Origin: Catajapyx aquilonaris
Taxonomy: Eukaryota
DNA length: 55,480 bases
Assembly: GCA_000934665.2 (NCBI GenBank)
Contig: JYFJ02000684.1
Coordinates: 62,001-117,480, forward strand
Reading direction: 5' to 3'
The position numbers and the translations under genes are program-made. Below, piece after piece: positions 50,701 through 55,480 of this stretch (positions within the stretch are counted from its first letter, which is position 1; the number at the start of each line of letters is the position of its first letter). Below the pieces are notes generated by a model, which was not told the DNA's origin, made no database searches, and was given only the letters and a program-made list of their open reading frames with translations.

Positions 50701-52454
50701 GGGAGCTGAACCACTTCATTAAAGCTTATAAATGTTGTAGTGGGAGAATGCAGATACATCACAATCATTTCAGTGATTGCATCATCCACAAATAACACAA
50801 GTTGAAATTTGGGGAATGTGCCAATATTTCAGAACTGGCGCGATGGAGTAACTCGTATTTCCTCGAGTTATAAAATAATAGTTCTATATAGCTTCGAAAA
50901 AGGCACTTTCCCACAAAGTCGCGCCTACTATATTGTATAGCTATCCATGCTGACTTTACAATGCATTACAAAATTCTGCTGAATAATATATTATCACAAG
51001 ACGTGTCACTTCTGCTTACAAGAGAAACAGCATAAAATATGTTTCCTATGGGATGTTTTCCGCTCAGATTTCCGATCGCTGCTGGAGAGGTCAGGTTCAC
51101 GACTCAGGCAGGCAGAATAATTGTTAGATCAGAAATTAAATTATCAGTATGACTATAATATAATGATGTAGACAGTATGCGCCTACCTTTTCTATACGTG
51201 AATGAGAAGACGTATAGAGCCCCATGCATGCTATGCCAGTCTCTCCTTGCATAGACAATAAAACACTATTCTACTTGCATAATGTGCGACAATTCAGCAG
51301 GTAATACTCGTAGCGACACGCTGCATGCAATGCGTTCATGGTTAACCCTGGTAAACAACAACTGAACAAAAACATGACCAGAAGCAGAGCTATACGAGCA
51401 AGAGGTGTGCCGTTTCTGTATAGATTGAACAATAATATCCATAGTGAACATTTCAGCGGTTTTATCTGGTGACTCGTGAGTAGATATTATGGAGAGTTAC
51501 GGGTAAGGGTGCTTGTTGCGGGTAAAGCAAGTCGTGTGTAGAGAAGCAGACCAATCCCGTATATACAACGACAAAAGAGATTCACATACGAGATGAATGA
51601 AGATGAAGTTGAAGACGAAAACACGGAGAAAGAAATAATCCCCCTCCGCCGTCCTCCAAAAGTCAGAGAAGAAAAAGAATCTCGACCTTTCGACCTTCTC
51701 CAACTTGCCATATCCTTCAAGTAAATGGTGTAACGAGCCCAAACATTGAAAGCAATGTTTGGGACTGACGGTATTTCTTTACCTATATGTAGAATAACCA
51801 ACACGGATGACCCACTACGTATACTACGGCAAGGGACGATGTATACTGTATGGGAATGAAGCAATGAGGTAAACTATAAAACGCTGGAGATCAAGGCAGC
51901 ATCAACGGAAGGGTTATAGCTCATCCGCGAGTAATATTGCAGCCGCCACAAGGAGGCACTCAGCTTAAAACAAGGCCATGTGAGAAACACTGGGCTGGCC
52001 TACGAGGGTTGTCTATTGCCCATGGAATCATAGGAACCATTTTACATAATATATACCAGCCAATGAGACTGGAGCCGATCCATATGTCAGTATTATACAA
52101 ACAGATCATCTGATTGCGATACATAATTATATACAGGCCTGTATCTTGTAGGAATTCCGTCTCTTATTGGCACCTGGCAAAGTGACACGAAGGTAGGGTA
52201 CATCATAATTCGACGATGTTGATATGCAAGAAAACTGTCAGTTTGTTATTATTATTTTTGTCTCTGGGTTGGCAGTAGTGTGTTTATCAACCAATTAATG
52301 TGGACCTGATGTCTATTGGATCCAGTGCTGAGTAATGTTTCTCTCTTGATTCAATATCATAAAAGTAATATTGCTCTCACTGCAGTTTATGAGCTGGGCA
52401 TTCCAGGATTCAAGGTATGCGCAGAACAGGAGTAGCTAAAGTTATCGTTTAGAG

Positions 52455-52711
52455 CAGTGCTTTCCAAATTGTGGATCGCGACCCCGTTTTGTGTCGCGAA
52501 AATAATGATTTGGGGTCGCGAGGGAGAGTAACAAATGATTTTCACAAAGTGATACTATCTTTCTTGAAAATCATGTCCATAAGGTAAGCTCATTTCACTG
52601 TTTACCTGCCTTTTCATGTTGGCGGATCGAAATGCGCACATATAGGGGGTCGCAAATTTTACAATCCGATTTTTTGGGGTCGCCTATACGAAAGAAATTG
52701 GGAAGGACCTG
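52455..52711. mobile_element. hAT-Charlie-like MITE
   Basis: CAGTGCTTTCCAAATT ... AATTGGGAAGGACCTG ends, repeated GGGGTCGC motifs, perfect 8-bp TSD GTTTAGAG (52447-52454, 52712-52719). Confidence 0.88.
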
Positions 52712-54307
52712 GTTTAGAGAGAAACCGACGCGACGTGTCTAGACACAAGGGCAACGATGTAACGCCCCCTCAATCCCCATAAATACTACTTGTGACAGGC
52801 CAGTAGCCGTTCATCTTCTCCGCATTGGAATGTATATAATGCATTAAATAATATATTATTATGGACTATACAGTATATTAAAGATAGTGCCTCGATTAGG
52901 TGATGCATCAAAGAGGCATGTGTATTTTTTGAAGGAGTGCAAAACGACCTTTCTTCCGGTATTTATAGTTCTTGTTCGCCCCCTCCACTTCGATAGCAAT
53001 GATCTCAAGATCTCGTCCAACAAGTCAACTACTTCCCTCGCCTATTCTCTTTCGATGGGTCAGAATCAAGTTATATACATAACCTATATATACATAAGGC
53101 CAATTTACAATTATGCCAATGTGTGTACCATCCCACCATATTTTTCATTATTATGCCACATATAAAAGAGGAGTGGAATAAGAGACTATCATTATTTTTC
53201 ATTCCAAAGGGTTGCTTCCTTTTGAACTGGTTGCTGTGGTAAACAACCTGCGACACAATCATATATTCCTTCCCTCTTTAGACCGCGCCCTTGGGAACGA
53301 AGTGGACCACTTTGTACAGCGGATAAAGTTGCATGGCCAATGCACAGTGTGTAATATTAGACCCCATGTGTTACTGCCGCAACCTATAATAATGGCAGTG
53401 ACGTCACTGCCTTCACCTCTGAGTTTCATTTATTGACACCGACTGCTGTCCACTGATATTAGACTCTGGGTATCACATAGCATCACACAGCGATAACACA
53501 GCACTACTTTACCAGCACTTTCCAGGAATCGTGGGTAATTTATTCTTTCATCTAATGCTATTCAGAGAATGTACAGTAATCTCACAATTCAACTGTCAGT
53601 TGGGACTTTACACAATCTCGTATTTAGTGCCAGATGCTCAGAAAGTAATAAGCACTCCAACAATAAAACTAGCTTGCACTGGATGGCTCCCTGCGAAGAC
53701 TATATATAAGGTTGAAATACCGAAACCCGGATTCACATAATTCGCATGTACCTGGTCATTCAATGAAAGGATATTAATGGTGAATTTCACTTACTCGCCA
53801 GAGATGGATTCCATGCTGTAGAAGGACACGATTGTCCAACCTCGGCATCAGTGATCCCCTTTCAAACGGCGGAGACCAGGACCAAGACAACTGAGAAACT
53901 ATAATAATATTAGCCAGCCACTGAGCAGAAGAGTAAATTCAACGATCGAATGCCGATCAAGTGCGTTCCAAACACTATACTATAGTCCAAAACAGATCAA
54001 ACACTGTTCTTCAGGTCTCCTTGGCAAACAAAGCAAACAAAGCAGGGTGGACAACACCCGAGCAGGTCGTCATAACGACGCGAGAAAACGTTTATTTAAC
54101 AGGACATGAGACTTTGGAGGCCATCCTATAACGACTTGCCGCTGGAGCATCTCTCTTTATTGCCCTAAATGAACTCCTTCGTGATACTGAACCCGAATTG
54201 TCGCCGTGTGAGCAGGAATACCTGTTCCACTTAGTGGAAATAAATTGATATGGAGATTTTTTTTTTTGTATTAACTTTGGTATTTTGACATTATTTGGAA
54301 GGCCTTG

Positions 54308-54539
54308 CTCTTACCGACGTACAGGAAGCTGAGGGGGAGTGGTGGCTGGGGGCAGCTTGGCTATTATATGTCGCAAAGGAAGATTGATTTTTTTGGATTT
54401 TGGAAGGGGGTATACTGTACCAACCCAACCTAACCATACCTTAACCTTCCTTCCTTGCGGATACAGACCTATATTAGCGACACAGTCCGCTGCCCCCACC
54501 GACTATACTACCCTCCCGCCTCCCGCACGCCAGTAAGAG
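54308..54539. mobile_element. Degenerate inverted-repeat element with AACCTAACC core
   Basis: CTCTTACCGACGTACAGGAAGC..GGGGGCAGC versus GCTGCCCCC..GCCTCCCGCACGCCAGTAAGAG; strongly decayed. Confidence 0.4.
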
Positions 54540-54655
54540 GGGCAAGTACAGCCCATTATTTTGCCCACGTCCAGCAGGCCTGTTTCGCCAATTTATTCAA
54601 GTGGTGCAAATCTGTAATAATCGGGAGGATTTGCGAAGTATATTGTGTATGATGG

Positions 54656-55480
54656 TGTGACCGTACCGGTTTTTGCTAGGTCAAACGTTCTATAGTTTCA
54701 CTGCATCCCGAAACTGCCTTGCATCACTTACGTCACTGTATGTATTTTATTACCCCATTAGAGTCATTCCATACTATCTGCCTACTCATGTCATGTGACT
54801 TTTCATTCGCTCCCTCCCATCATGCATTGTGCTTGACTATAAGAAGGAGTGAGCTGTTTCACTCGAGGCCTTTGCCCGGGAGAATATCCTGGGGACTGGT
54901 CAGGCCACTTGTTTGGTCGACATCTCCCATCCCTGACCTTTTTCCTTTTCCCCTCACACACTCACCTTGACGAAGAATAAACTGTACTTGATTGTCTACC
55001 CACTGGCTTTTATGTTCACCCAACCGGTGACATATTAAGTGGTGTCAGGTGTGGGGTAAAGACATCAGACAGTATATCGTCGAGTGTGTTTCCCTGTCGG
55101 TGCATTTACACGTACCTGTTCCTCCCTTATGGAAACTTGCACACCGCAAGTGTTCCTTTGTGTGGACATTTTCCCCGTTCACACTTACCTATTTCCCTTA
55201 CGGAGTCTTGCTCACCGCAAGTATTCCACCGTGTGGACTTATCCCCGTTCACACGTACCTACCTCCCTTCGTACAGAACCGTACTTTCCCGTACATCCCT
55301 GTACATCTCCGTACAATCCTGTACACCACCGTACAAGACAGTACATCCCTTCCTATCCCTACTGTCCCGACTGTGTGGTTCTACCACACTGGCACGCACT
55401 CGGACCTCCAGCTGTGGGTCCTACGGTTACGTGCATTTCCGGGACGAGTACACCCTTTGCGGGTCGTACATGTGACAGTT
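54656..55480 (+). mobile_element. 5' LTR (54656-55032), PBS (55040-55057) and leader of an LTR retrotransposon, probably Ty3/Gypsy; continues beyond the window
   Basis: TGTGACCGTACCGGTT...AACCGGTGACA (TG..CA ends), TATAAG at 54838, AATAAA at 54976, then TGGTGTCAGGTGTGGGGT, close to the complement of the tRNA-Leu 3' end (TGGTGTCAGGAGTGGGAT); followed by a tandem-repeat-rich leader. No gag/pol visible in the window. Confidence 0.7.
55105..55345 (+). repeat. ~70-bp tandem repeat (2+ units) followed by ~10-bp CCGTACA-type repeats
   Basis: TTCACACGTACCT..CCCTTA..CTTGC..ACCGCAAGT..GTGTGGAC..TCCCCG recurs at about 55105, 55177 and 55247; then repeated (c)cgtacat/ctgtaca units. Confidence 0.8.

Noticed and set aside
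55105..55345. Regularly spaced repeats that could be mistaken for a CRISPR array
   Set aside because: Whole units are similar (no unique spacers), the context is eukaryotic, there are no cas genes, and it lies in an LTR-element leader.

Overview
Eukaryotic genomic DNA, most likely arthropod (GT-AG introns, intronless variant ionotropic receptors, many short DNA-transposon relics). The + strand carries a tandem array of four paralogous MFS transporters of the SLC18B1 (vesicular polyamine transporter-like) family: A (3' part only, <1-1210), B (7826-11869), C (25814-30779) and D (33848-38819). All readable exons splice in frame. Two single-exon divergent ionotropic (chemosensory-type) receptor genes (1896-3881, 4634-6574) lie between A and B and share a 327-bp near-identical tract consistent with gene conversion. 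The paralogues differ in informative ways: the last intron is present only in A, D has two GC-AG introns and lacks the C-terminal dileucine sorting motif, and C carries charged substitutions in predicted transmembrane helices. The remainder is non-coding and holds MITEs of several superfamilies (Tc1/mariner-pogo, hAT, piggyBac, Kolobok-like, Harbinger-like, P-like), a short RTE-headed retroelement with a target-site duplication, compound microsatellites and, at the right end, a probable 5' LTR, tRNA-Leu-type PBS and repetitive leader of an LTR retrotransposon. All assignments come from manual reading and recalled family motifs; no searches were run.
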